Shown in pieces: positions 1 through 8,176 of a DNA stretch of 64,000 nucleotides. The stretch is from an uncultured Planctomycetaceae bacterium (GTDB lineage: Bacteria > Planctomycetota > Planctomycetia > Pirellulales > PALSA-1355), in the NCBI GenBank assembly GCA_963785305.1, contig CAWAUV010000004.1, forward strand, positions 256,001 through 320,000. The letters are read 5' to 3'. The notes under the pieces were generated by a model. It made no database searches. It worked only from the letters and a program-made list of their open reading frames with translations, and was not told the origin of the DNA. Within the stretch, counting starts at the first letter, position 1. Each line of letters starts with the position of its first letter. Made by a program: the position numbers and the translations under genes.

Positions 1-111
1 GTGCCGACGCTGGCCGAGCTTGGCGGCGAGGCGATGGAGACGCCGTGGGTTGTCGTCCTTCACGACGAGGGCGCGATGATCGTTCCGCTTTGCAGTTTGT
101 GTGCGAGATGA
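1..111 (+). CDS. 3' end of a phage-element gene (partial, unknown function)
   Basis: Frame is open from base 1 (VPTLAELGG...PLCSLCAR*). Its TGA (109-111) overlaps the ATG (108) of the HNH gene, a typical ATGA coupling. Confidence 0.45.
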   Translation: MPTLAELGGEAMETPWVVVLHDEGAMIVPLCSLCAR

Positions 112-407
112 GAAAACCCGCGACGTTCCGACCAGACGGAAAGACGCCCGAGCGAGTCAGACTCGATCGCAGCGAGAGCAGAGCATTTTACGGTAGCAAG
201 AGGTGGCGGAAGTTTCGAGCGTGGTTCATTCGCAAAAATCCGTTTTGTGTCGATTGCCTGGAGCGCCGAGAAGTTACGCCAACGCAAGAAGTTCACCACG
301 CGTTGCCGAGGCTCGCGCATCCCGAGTTGGCGTTTGAGGAGAGCAATTGCGTCGCGCTTTGCTCCGCGGACCACAAGCGGCGCGAAGCGAAAGCCAAAAA
401 GGGGTAG
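108..407 (+). CDS. Phage HNH endonuclease (HK97 gp74-like terminase accessory)
   Basis: FYGSKRWRKFR...PFCVDC...EVHH...NCVALCSADH pattern, located directly upstream of the terminase genes. Confidence 0.9.
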   Translation: MRKPATFRPDGKTPERVRLDRSESRAFYGSKRWRKFRAWFIRKNPFCVDCLERREVTPTQEVHHALPRLAHPELAFEESNCVALCSADHKRREAKAKKG

Positions 408-498
408 GGGTGTTTCATCCATAGAAGAGGCGCGACCGAAAGGCGGGCCAACTCGAGACGAATTCGCTCCCCGAAAATGCCCCCCAGGGGTCAAAAAA
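401..498. other. Candidate cos packaging region
   Basis: Non-coding gap right after the HNH gene, starting GGGGTAGGGG and ending CCCCCCAGGGGTCAAAAAAA. In HK97-like elements cos lies between HNH and terS. Positional inference only. Confidence 0.4.
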
Positions 499-1155
499 AT
501 GGCAACCAACGAACTCAAGCCTTTTGACATGAGCACGATTCAACCGTTCTATCCGGCAGCGGATGAATCGACATTGGAAAACGTCAGCCTGCGCCTGCCC
601 GAGAACCGGCGGATGCTGCGCCGCCAGCGGCAGCGATCGACGAGGGTACTGAACAAGCACCGCGCGGCGGTTCAGACGATCGAGAAACTGCCGGCGCCCG
701 ATGAATCGTTGCACTGTGTCCTAAATGGTTCATTCGCGCTCGCCGACTTCATCGGCGCCGTGCTCGAACTGTCCGGCCGTCCGCTCGACCACCTTGCTAT
801 CGTCACCTTGGGATTCAGCAAAGCGAACGTCGAAATGATCGGCCGACTGATCGACGCCGGCCAGGTCAAACGCCTTGACGTGCTCTGTAGCCATTACTTC
901 GCGGCTCAGGACGAGCCGATTTACCGCCAGATGGCCGCGCTATGCGACCGACACGGCTTCCGACTATGTGCGATGCGAACCCACGCAAAAATCGTGCTGC
1001 TGAAAACCGGCGCCCATTCGATCGTCGTCGAGTCGAGCGCCAGTCTTCGATCGTGCCACAACGTCGAAACCGCGACAATGTTCAACGATGCCGGTCTGTT
1101 CGACTTCCATTCGGCGTGGATTGACGAGCTATTGGCCAAGGGGGCGACCGCATGA
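499..1155 (+). CDS. Phospholipase D-like (single degenerate HKD motif) phage protein
   Basis: RTHAKIVLL...VVESSASLRS resembles HxK(x4)D...GSxN. Its stop overlaps the terS start (ATGA at 1152-1155). Confidence 0.65.
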   Translation: MATNELKPFDMSTIQPFYPAADESTLENVSLRLPENRRMLRRQRQRSTRVLNKHRAAVQTIEKLPAPDESLHCVLNGSFALADFIGAVLELSGRPLDHLAIVTLGFSKANVEMIGRLIDAGQVKRLDVLCSHYFAAQDEPIYRQMAALCDRHGFRLCAMRTHAKIVLLKTGAHSIVVESSASLRSCHNVETATMFNDAGLFDFHSAWIDELLAKGATA

Positions 1156-1601
1156 GAGGCCGCAAACCCACTTACAAGGCGCTCGCCAAGTCGACCGACC
1201 CCATCCAGGCGCCGGTTCGCGTACCATCGTGCCCGAAAGAGCTAACGGGCGAGGCTGCCGCCGAATGGCAGCGAATCACCGGCTTGCTACGCGGGCTCGG
1301 ACTGGTCGCACTACTCGACCGCGCCGCCCTTGCCATGTATTGCCAATCATGGGCTCGCTGGCTGGACGCAGAAACACAACTTGCCACGCAGGGCGCCATC
1401 GTCAAGAGCCCGTCCGGCTATCCGATTCAAAACCCATATCTGTCGGTCAGCAGCCAGGCCGCCAAGGCGATGCAACAGCTGCTGGGCGAGTTCGGGCTAA
1501 GCCCAGCGGCGCGTCACCGGATGCTCGGCGCCCCGAAGAAGACCGAAGACAAGCCGCAGACCACTGGCTGGGAAGGGACGCTCGCAAATGTCATTGGCTA
1601 G
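1152..1601 (+). CDS. terS: Terminase small subunit, P27 family
   Basis: MRGRKP start, then LDRAALAMYCQSW, G(Y)PIQNPYL and EFGLSPAAR motifs. Confidence 0.93.
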   Translation: MRGRKPTYKALAKSTDPIQAPVRVPSCPKELTGEAAAEWQRITGLLRGLGLVALLDRAALAMYCQSWARWLDAETQLATQGAIVKSPSGYPIQNPYLSVSSQAAKAMQQLLGEFGLSPAARHRMLGAPKKTEDKPQTTGWEGTLANVIG

Positions 1602-3120
1602 TCCCCCGACGAACGCCGCCGCCGACCGCGCCGTGAAGTTCGTCAATAACTTGACGCACGCCAAAGGCGCCCGCTGGGCAAACAAGAAATTCGACCTGCG
1701 CCCGTGGCAACAGCAGATCGTGCGCGAGTTGTTCGGCCGGCTGCGCGACGACGGCACCCGCCAATATCGGAAGGCGTTTCTGGCGTTGCCGAGAAAAAAT
1801 GGCAAGACGGAGATCGGCGCCGCAATCGCATTGTATATGCTCGTGTCCGAGCCCGAGCAAGGCGGCGAAACCTACAGCGCCGCCACCGACCGCGAGCAAG
1901 CCAGCCTTGTGTTCAACGTCGCCGCGCAGATGGTTCGAAACGACCCGACACTTTCGCTGCACTGCCAAATCACGGAAAGCCGCCGGCAGATCATCTACCG
2001 GCCGACCAACAGCGTTTATCGAGCCATCCCCGCGGACGCCCCACACGCCCACGGCTACAACGCCAGTTGCCTAATTTACGATGAGCTGCACGCCGCCCCC
2101 AATTCGCAGCTTTGGGATGTTTTGACCACGTCGATGGGCGCCCGCACACAGCCGCTAACGGTGGCGATCACCACCGCGGGTTACGACCGCAATTCAATCT
2201 GCTGGCAGGTTTGGGCGTATGCCCGCCAAGTGCGCGACGGAATCATTCCCGACCCGAGCTTTTTGCCGATCATATTCGAGGCGCCCGAGGATGCCGACTG
2301 GACGGATGAAAAAGTTTGGGCGGAGGCCAACCCGGCATTGGGCGACTTTCGCGGCATCGACGACATGCGCGAGTTGTTCCGCGAGGCCCAGCACATGCCG
2401 GCCCGCGAAAATGTTTTTCGCCAGCTGTACCTGAATCAGTGGACGGATTCGTCGGTTCGCTGGATTGCAAGCGAGTCGTGGGACGCTTGCGAGACCGATT
2501 TCCAGCCGAGCGACTTGGAGGGCCGCGATTGCTACGCCGGGCTCGACTTGGCGTATCGCGACGATTACGCCGCGTTGGTTCTTGCCTTCCCGCTGGACGA
2601 CGGACAATTCGCGCTGCTCCCTTATTTCTGGCTGCCCGAGGAGTCCAACCGCAACTCTCGCAAGGAGCCCGCGGCGAGCTTCATCCGCGACGGTCTTGTT
2701 GAGTTGACGCCGGGCGCGTCGACGGAATTCCCGCTGATTCGCCAGCGCATCAATGAGTTGCAATCGCAGTACAACATTCGCGGGATTGCCGTGGACCCAT
2801 GGAACGCGCGACAAATGGCCAGCGAGCTTTTGCAAGACGGGTTCGATGTGCAGGAGTTCCGCCAAAACATGGCGACGATGAACGAGCCGTGCAAAAACTT
2901 CGAGGCTTTGGTTCGTTCGCAAAAGATGCAGCACAACGGCAACGCGGTCATGCGCTGGATGGTCGCCAACACCGTCATCGAAACCGACAGCAGCGGCAAC
3001 TGCCGCCCGAGCAAAAAAAAGAGCAGCGAGAAAATAGACGGCGTGACGAGCGCCGTGATGGCGTTGGCACTGGCCACGCGAGAAGGACAACTCGCCGAAC
3101 CACGAATCTGGTTACTTTAG
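1588..3120 (+). CDS. terL: Terminase large subunit (Terminase_1, cos-type)
   Basis: Walker A LPRKNGKT, Walker B IYDELH, ITTAG, ANPALG, GLDLA and KIDGV nuclease motifs. Confidence 0.96.
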   Translation: MSLASPPTNAAADRAVKFVNNLTHAKGARWANKKFDLRPWQQQIVRELFGRLRDDGTRQYRKAFLALPRKNGKTEIGAAIALYMLVSEPEQGGETYSAATDREQASLVFNVAAQMVRNDPTLSLHCQITESRRQIIYRPTNSVYRAIPADAPHAHGYNASCLIYDELHAAPNSQLWDVLTTSMGARTQPLTVAITTAGYDRNSICWQVWAYARQVRDGIIPDPSFLPIIFEAPEDADWTDEKVWAEANPALGDFRGIDDMRELFREAQHMPARENVFRQLYLNQWTDSSVRWIASESWDACETDFQPSDLEGRDCYAGLDLAYRDDYAALVLAFPLDDGQFALLPYFWLPEESNRNSRKEPAASFIRDGLVELTPGASTEFPLIRQRINELQSQYNIRGIAVDPWNARQMASELLQDGFDVQEFRQNMATMNEPCKNFEALVRSQKMQHNGNAVMRWMVANTVIETDSSGNCRPSKKKSSEKIDGVTSAVMALALATREGQLAEPRIWLL

Positions 3121-3145
3121 TTTTTTTCATACCGGAGGAACGACA

Positions 3146-4027
3146 ATGGCTACGATCGAGGACGTCACCTACTTTGCCGAAGCGAAATGCAGACTCCGCC
3201 AGGCGACGGAAATGCAGGCGGACATCGACCGCCGCATCGCCGAGAACAAGGCCAAAGCGAAACGAGTTGACGCGGCAGATTGGAGCGAATCGCCGAGCGG
3301 TCCCGACAACACGAAATTGATGATCGCCGATCGGCAACTGCAATCCGAGCGAGCAGCCGCCGTCGCGGAAATCGCCAACGCTCGCGCGCACCTGAAAACG
3401 ATGCGCTGTCGCGCCGAGGCCGCGTTGGCCATCGCCGCCAAGCGACCCAAGGCCGACGTGCCCAAGCTCAATTTGCGCGACGACCCGGAGTACAAAACGC
3501 GGCTCGATCGCCACTCGAATCTGCTCATTGAAAAAGCGCGGCTCGAGTCGCTGCTCAGTGCTCCGCCGGCCAGACTCGCCGAACCCGCACACCTGACGAT
3601 CGGACGGAAGCTGGCCAGTGGCGAAACCGTCGGCGATGAGGCGTTCGCCAGCGGCGACCGAAACGAGCAACTTGGCATTGTCTCGCGCAGGCTGAATTCG
3701 GTCGTCGCGGCCGTCGCGTTTTCCGAGCGCGAACTACGCGACGAACAGCGCCGCGCGAGCCGCCGGCTGATCGCAAAACACGGTATCCGCAAAATCTGCG
3801 CGGCGCGACTGAAGAAGCTGGCGATCGCCATGAAGGCCGCGGCCGTCGAAGCGCAAATCGAAGCGTTGAATCGGGAAGAATTGGAAGGCGCCGGAATTTG
3901 GTTCGCCGACGTCGTGCCGGCGCTTCCGTGGGGAATGCCGCTCACCGACCCGACGGAAGAGGGCTCGCTAATGCACACGTGGTTGCAGGAAATCGCACGC
4001 GAATATCCCGAAATCGGCCGCATCTAA
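3146..4027 (+). CDS. Hypothetical alpha-helical/coiled-coil protein of the element
   Basis: 293-aa ORF with GGAGG RBS, Ala/Arg/Glu/Leu-rich. Sits where a portal gene normally lies but shows no portal motifs I recognise. Confidence 0.7.
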   Translation: MATIEDVTYFAEAKCRLRQATEMQADIDRRIAENKAKAKRVDAADWSESPSGPDNTKLMIADRQLQSERAAAVAEIANARAHLKTMRCRAEAALAIAAKRPKADVPKLNLRDDPEYKTRLDRHSNLLIEKARLESLLSAPPARLAEPAHLTIGRKLASGETVGDEAFASGDRNEQLGIVSRRLNSVVAAVAFSERELRDEQRRASRRLIAKHGIRKICAARLKKLAIAMKAAAVEAQIEALNREELEGAGIWFADVVPALPWGMPLTDPTEEGSLMHTWLQEIAREYPEIGRI

Positions 4028-4046
4028 CGAAAGGAAAGGTCTGAAA

Positions 4047-4292
4047 ATGGAAACCGCGAACATGAAACAACCGATTGAATATGCTTCGCATCGAGGCTCG
4101 GCGGAAAGGCTGCGATCCGCCGCGGAAGCCCGATTGGCCGAAATGCCGCAGCTTGAACTTGAAGCGATGCGAAAGCTAGTGAGCGACAGATGCAGTCCCT
4201 TGGAATGCCGCAAGCTTCACGACCAACTTGCTGCGCTCAAAACCGAACGCGCCGCGATCACCGCGCAACTCGAAACACGAGGCCAGCAATGA
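4047..4292 (+). CDS. Hypothetical small helical protein
   Basis: AAGGAAAGG upstream. Stop overlaps the next ATG (4289). Confidence 0.55.
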   Translation: METANMKQPIEYASHRGSAERLRSAAEARLAEMPQLELEAMRKLVSDRCSPLECRKLHDQLAALKTERAAITAQLETRGQQ

Positions 4293-5272
4293 GCCAAGAA
4301 ATCGAATATCGCCGCCTGCCACCGGCAGAAATCGAAGTGCGCGAGCAGCGCGGCAAGGTCACGATTGGCGGGTATTCGCCAGTATATGACAGCCCGTCCG
4401 AAGACATGGGAGGCGCGAAGGAAGTCGTCAAGTTCGGCGCCGTGACGGACTGCCTGAAGCGCGGCGCCGAAGTGCGATGCTACGTCAACCACGAGCGATC
4501 CATGCCGCTGGGCAGCACGACGAGCGGCACGCTACGACTTGCCGACACCGTGCGGGGCTTGCGATGGGATTGCGATCTCCCGGACACGTCATACGCTCGC
4601 GATATGCTGGCGTCGATCGACCGTGGCGACATCCGCCATTCATCCTTCGGCTTCCGCGTTGCCGGCCCGGACGGCCAATCGTGGTCGCGCGATGGGCAAG
4701 GCGGTGCGCTGCGTGAGCTGCGCAAGATCGACTTGCTCGACGTGTCGCCCGTGAGCGAGCCGGCCTATCGCGGCAGCACTTGCACGATCGACGTTCGTTC
4801 GCTCGACGTGCTCGACGACGCCGATTTCCGTTTCAACCCGAACCACGGCGCGGACGGGAAATTCGCATCCGGCGTCAAGACCGTCACGCACGCCGCCGGC
4901 CATGCCGCGATTGAGCATCTAAAGGCCGAAAGCCTACATGGGCTCAAGGGCGGTGTTCGCGCCGCCGTCCATGCCGCCGCTCGCGCCGGCCATGCGCTGG
5001 CTGGCCAACACGCCGCGGAAGCGATTGCCAAAGCCAAGCAAACGGGAACCAACGCGAACAAATTGAAGGCGATTGCCCTGGCTGGCGCGCACCACGCGAT
5101 CACGAAACACTTGGCCGGCGAGCGTTCCATTTCGCTGGAAGATGAGGCAATGACGTTCGCGCGTCGGCGCTTGCTTGAACTGGAATCGTCCGCGCCGCGT
5201 CTGGCGTGGCAGGACGAATTGTTCACCCTTCGATCCAAATTGCGGCTGCTGGAATTGACGGCCAGCCGCTAA
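4289..5272 (+). CDS. HK97-family prohead protease with ~150-aa C-terminal extension
   Basis: IGGYSPVYDSPSEDMGG, VNHERSMPLG, GDIRHSSFGFRV and LLDVSPVSEPAY motifs of peptidase S78/U35. Confidence 0.9.
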   Translation: MSQEIEYRRLPPAEIEVREQRGKVTIGGYSPVYDSPSEDMGGAKEVVKFGAVTDCLKRGAEVRCYVNHERSMPLGSTTSGTLRLADTVRGLRWDCDLPDTSYARDMLASIDRGDIRHSSFGFRVAGPDGQSWSRDGQGGALRELRKIDLLDVSPVSEPAYRGSTCTIDVRSLDVLDDADFRFNPNHGADGKFASGVKTVTHAAGHAAIEHLKAESLHGLKGGVRAAVHAAARAGHALAGQHAAEAIAKAKQTGTNANKLKAIALAGAHHAITKHLAGERSISLEDEAMTFARRRLLELESSAPRLAWQDELFTLRSKLRLLELTASR

Positions 5273-5301
5273 CAAATGTTCCCGCGGGTGGGGACTGCGA
5301 G

Positions 5302-5338
5302 CCCGGCGCGACGATCCTTTGGTCGGCGCCGGGTTTTT
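5302..5338 (+). terminator. Intrinsic terminator after the protease gene
   Basis: CCCGGCGC-GAC...GTC-G-GCGCCGGG stem followed by TTTTT. Confidence 0.6.
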
Positions 5339-5436
5339 GAAACATCGAATGTGCGGCTTGTCGCCGCCTCCGGTCCCGTCGGTCGCTGCGGTTTTCGCTT
5401 CCGCGGCGGCCGGCGGGTTTTAGAATCGGGCCGAAC

Positions 5437-5760
5437 ATGGTTCAACTCGCCGAACAAACTATCGTAGCCGCCGTGCTGGTCGCCAAGGGCGCAACGCCCG
5501 CCGAGGCCGCCGGCGCGCTGCTGCTGGCCGACCCGATGGCGCCCGCCAAGCTCGAAACCCATCTCCGCTACGTCACCGGGCTATCGCTGGCCGACTTGCA
5601 AACGCGGGCAAGATTCTTAACGTGGCAGGGCGCGGCCGACCTGATCGAACAACTCACCGCAAGCCGGCATCGGAACCGCGTGACGTTTATGGAAACTAGC
5701 GTCACGGCCAGCGAGCGCTTCCGCGGCGCCGGGCGGCGGTTCGCAGCGAAAGGTCTTTGA
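5437..5760 (+). CDS. Hypothetical protein of the element
   Basis: 107-aa ORF, ATG start, GC3-rich coding-like pattern. No recognised motif. Confidence 0.55.
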   Translation: MVQLAEQTIVAAVLVAKGATPAEAAGALLLADPMAPAKLETHLRYVTGLSLADLQTRARFLTWQGAADLIEQLTASRHRNRVTFMETSVTASERFRGAGRRFAAKGL

Positions 5761-5828
5761 CAATCTGACGCCCACGCCGGCTCGACCGGCTGAATCCGCA
5801 GAGCGGGCGCAGTTGCGCTACCTGGAGG

Positions 5829-6213
5829 GCAGACGATGCGCGTGGCGCGTAGGGGGACTGCGAAAATCGACTGTCGATTCCGACAGTCGGCCAGCCTCGC
5901 GCGCGGCGAAGTACGGGCCCAACTGTCATCCGATGACAGTTGCGTCGCATCAAAGGCGAGCCTCGCGCGCCCGCGTAGGGGAACGGGGTTGGCGTTGCGC
6001 AACTGGAAGAAATTCCAGTTGGCGAGCCTCGCGCGCCGCGTAGGGGAACGGGGTTGGCGTTGCGCAACTGGAAGAAATTCCAGTTGGCGAGCCTCGCGCG
6101 CCCGCGTAGGGGAACGGTGAATACCAAAATGGTATCCAGCAAAAATCGCCGAGCCTCGCGCGCGGGCGAAGTGGACCCATCAACTGGTAACCGTTACCAG
6201 TGGCAAAATGCCA
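5829..6213. repeat. Array of ~60-66-bp units: GC-rich repeat plus palindromic spacer
   Basis: GGCGAGCCTCGCGCGCCCGCGTAGGGGAACGG at 5955, 6021 (one C shorter) and 6086, with variants at 5889, 6148 and degenerate 5829. Each is followed by an inverted repeat. Confidence 0.9.
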
Positions 6214-6337
6214 ACACTGCTGACAAAACAGGACGCCGGCGGCAGAGCTGCGCCCAAAAGGGCATGTTTTCCACTTCCTGAAAAAATCCCTTGACAAAAT
6301 CGACTCGCGGCGCGGGGCAATCTGTGGCCTGCTGCCG

Positions 6338-6499
6338 AAATTGTTCCGCGATGGAACCATTTTCAAGTTCCGTCGTGCAACTTGAAATTGCTCTCAGGCT
6401 GAGACTAATTCCCAGCGGCTCAAGATTGCGTGAGGCGATCTTGAAAGTGTCCCACGATGAGACACTTTTCGCGAGCCTCACTGGCAACGGTTGACAGTG
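6338..6499. repeat. Cluster of six nearly back-to-back, mutually different 21-27-bp palindromes
   Basis: 6338-6362, 6361-6387, 6386-6410, 6420-6444, 6444-6468 and 6479-6499, read directly from the sequence. Confidence 0.8.
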
Positions 6500-6537
6500 G
6501 TTTCCGCCAGCGGCTTGCAAAACGGCGCCGCCAGCCC

Positions 6538-6565
6538 TTGCGGGATAGCTTTTCCGCTATACGAT
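6538..6565 (+). promoter_or_regulatory. Putative sigma70 promoter with a palindrome in its spacer
   Basis: TTGCGG-N16-TACGAT upstream of the 6572 ORF. ATAGC-TTTTCC-GCTAT inverted repeat lies across the spacer. Confidence 0.4.
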
Positions 6566-6571
6566 ATGTTC

Positions 6572-6781
6572 ATGGGAAAACAACGCCGCACAAAAATGGC
6601 CGCAAAGCCGCGCATGGGCCGACCCCCCAAAGCCGCCGCCGACCGGCGCGAGACACATTTTCTAATTCGGGTAACTGCCGGCGAGGCGGCGATTATCAAA
6701 GCCGCGGGCCAGCCAGCGCCATCGACGTGGGCTCGCGGGATTCTACTTGCGGCTGCCGCTGCGAAGTCTAAAGGCAAATGA
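6572..6781 (+). CDS. Small RHH/MobC-like DNA-binding protein
   Basis: MGRPPK...RRETHFLIRVTAGEAAIIKAAG...STWARGILL, a beta-strand followed by two helices. Start could be 6596. Confidence 0.65.
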   Translation: MGKQRRTKMAAKPRMGRPPKAAADRRETHFLIRVTAGEAAIIKAAGQPAPSTWARGILLAAAAAKSKGK

Positions 6782-6907
6782 GCAGCGAACGCATAGCACG
6801 CGCCCTAACGCATCGAACCGACACGCGGCCCAACACTCATTGAAGACCATCCGAAGCCCGTAGACGCGAAACTGGCGAACCGATTTCACGAAAGGGGAGC
6901 AACAAAC

Positions 6908-8176
6908 ATGGGACGACAACCAAAACTGCCAACGGGGCTGGAAAAGCGCGGCGACGCATTCTATTCAAACTTCCGCGCCGCTGGCCGACGTGTGCGCAAG
7001 CGGCTATCGACAGACTTCCGCACGGCCTGCGAACTGTTGACCGACTTGCGATCGCGCGCCGACCGCGGCGACTTCAATATCGTGGACAACGATTGCCCGT
7101 GGTCGGAACTGCGGGGCGAGTTCATGCGCTGGGCTCGGCAGTCCGTCCGCCGGCCGGGCGAGTATGACGCCGACCTGAAGCGCTTCGAGAAATTCTTGGC
7201 CGTGCAATCCGTCCGCCAAGTCTCGCAAGCCGTGGTTCTGTCCTATCGCGAATGGCGGCTCGCTCAATCCATCGTCGTTCACTCGCGCAAGAAAAACGCG
7301 GCGCCCCTGGCCCGCAAGGTTAGCCCGCGGAGTGTCAACCGCGAAGTCGGCACGCTGAATAACATGCTGAACAAAGGCGTCGAATGGGGCCGCATCGGAA
7401 GCAATCCCTTGGCCGGGCTCAAGCCCTTGCGACATGACAAGCTCGTGAAGCAACGCCGATCGCTGACCGTGGAGGAAATCGGCCGGCTGTTCGATAACAG
7501 CCCGGCATACCTGTTGCCCGTCTGGCGGACGTTCGCCTGCACGGGCCTGCGGCTCTGTGAACTGGCCGACCTGCGATTCTCGGACGTCGATTTTGAGCGG
7601 CAGACGTTGACCGTCCGGCCGGAGTTGGCCAAGAGCAAGAAAGAACGTGATATCCCGCTCGACGATGCCTTACTCGCGATGCTGGCCGAACTGAAGGGCA
7701 GCGCAGGGGAGCGACAGCCAGTAGCCGGCAAGACCGCGGCCGAGACGATCGACCAGGCGGAGCGATTCTCTCGCGACCATGTTTTCGTGACGACCGCCAA
7801 CACGCCCCACCGCGCCGGGCTGCTCAAACTGTTCTACGCGGCCTGCAATCGCGCCGGCATCGACGATGCTCGCTCCGGCGGCTCTGTGGACATCCATAGC
7901 CTGCGAGTCTCATTCACGACGCTGGCGCTGGAGAATGGCGCTAGCCCGAAAGCCATTCAGGCAATTCTTGGCCATTCCACCCTGGGAATGACGATGAACG
8001 TGTATGCCAAGGCGACCGAACGGGCGAAACGGGAAGCGATCACCGCCCTGCCGTTCGCGACCAGCAAAGCGCCGGAACACATAATTTCGGTGCAATCTGG
8101 CCGCAACGTGGCCGCAACTAATTCAAACGCGACGCAACGCGATAGCCCAAAACGACTTATGCTGATGGGTGGCTGA
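6908..8176 (+). CDS. int: Tyrosine recombinase/integrase
   Basis: TGLRLCEL (R), AKSK (K), HSLR (HxxR), LGHS and MNVYA (Y). GGGGAG RBS. Confidence 0.96.
   Translation: MGRQPKLPTGLEKRGDAFYSNFRAAGRRVRKRLSTDFRTACELLTDLRSRADRGDFNIVDNDCPWSELRGEFMRWARQSVRRPGEYDADLKRFEKFLAVQSVRQVSQAVVLSYREWRLAQSIVVHSRKKNAAPLARKVSPRSVNREVGTLNNMLNKGVEWGRIGSNPLAGLKPLRHDKLVKQRRSLTVEEIGRLFDNSPAYLLPVWRTFACTGLRLCELADLRFSDVDFERQTLTVRPELAKSKKERDIPLDDALLAMLAELKGSAGERQPVAGKTAAETIDQAERFSRDHVFVTTANTPHRAGLLKLFYAACNRAGIDDARSGGSVDIHSLRVSFTTLALENGASPKAIQAILGHSTLGMTMNVYAKATERAKREAITALPFATSKAPEHIISVQSGRNVAATNSNATQRDSPKRLMLMGG

Noticed and set aside
5868..5889. CTGT-N8-ACAG match to the E. coli-type LexA box
   Set aside because: Only one unit matches exactly, others have 11-bp spacing, and I cannot assume this LexA motif applies to this lineage.
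5955..6117. Canonical CRISPR array (32-bp repeat, 34-bp spacer)
   Set aside because: Two spacers are identical, all are palindromic, the repeat lacks a GAAA(C/G)-type end, and no cas genes are present. Kept as a non-canonical array finding.
5568..6520. Overlapping short ORFs across the repeat/palindrome region
   Set aside because: Their translations simply mirror the DNA repeats, the unit lengths break frame, and no RBS or domain is evident.
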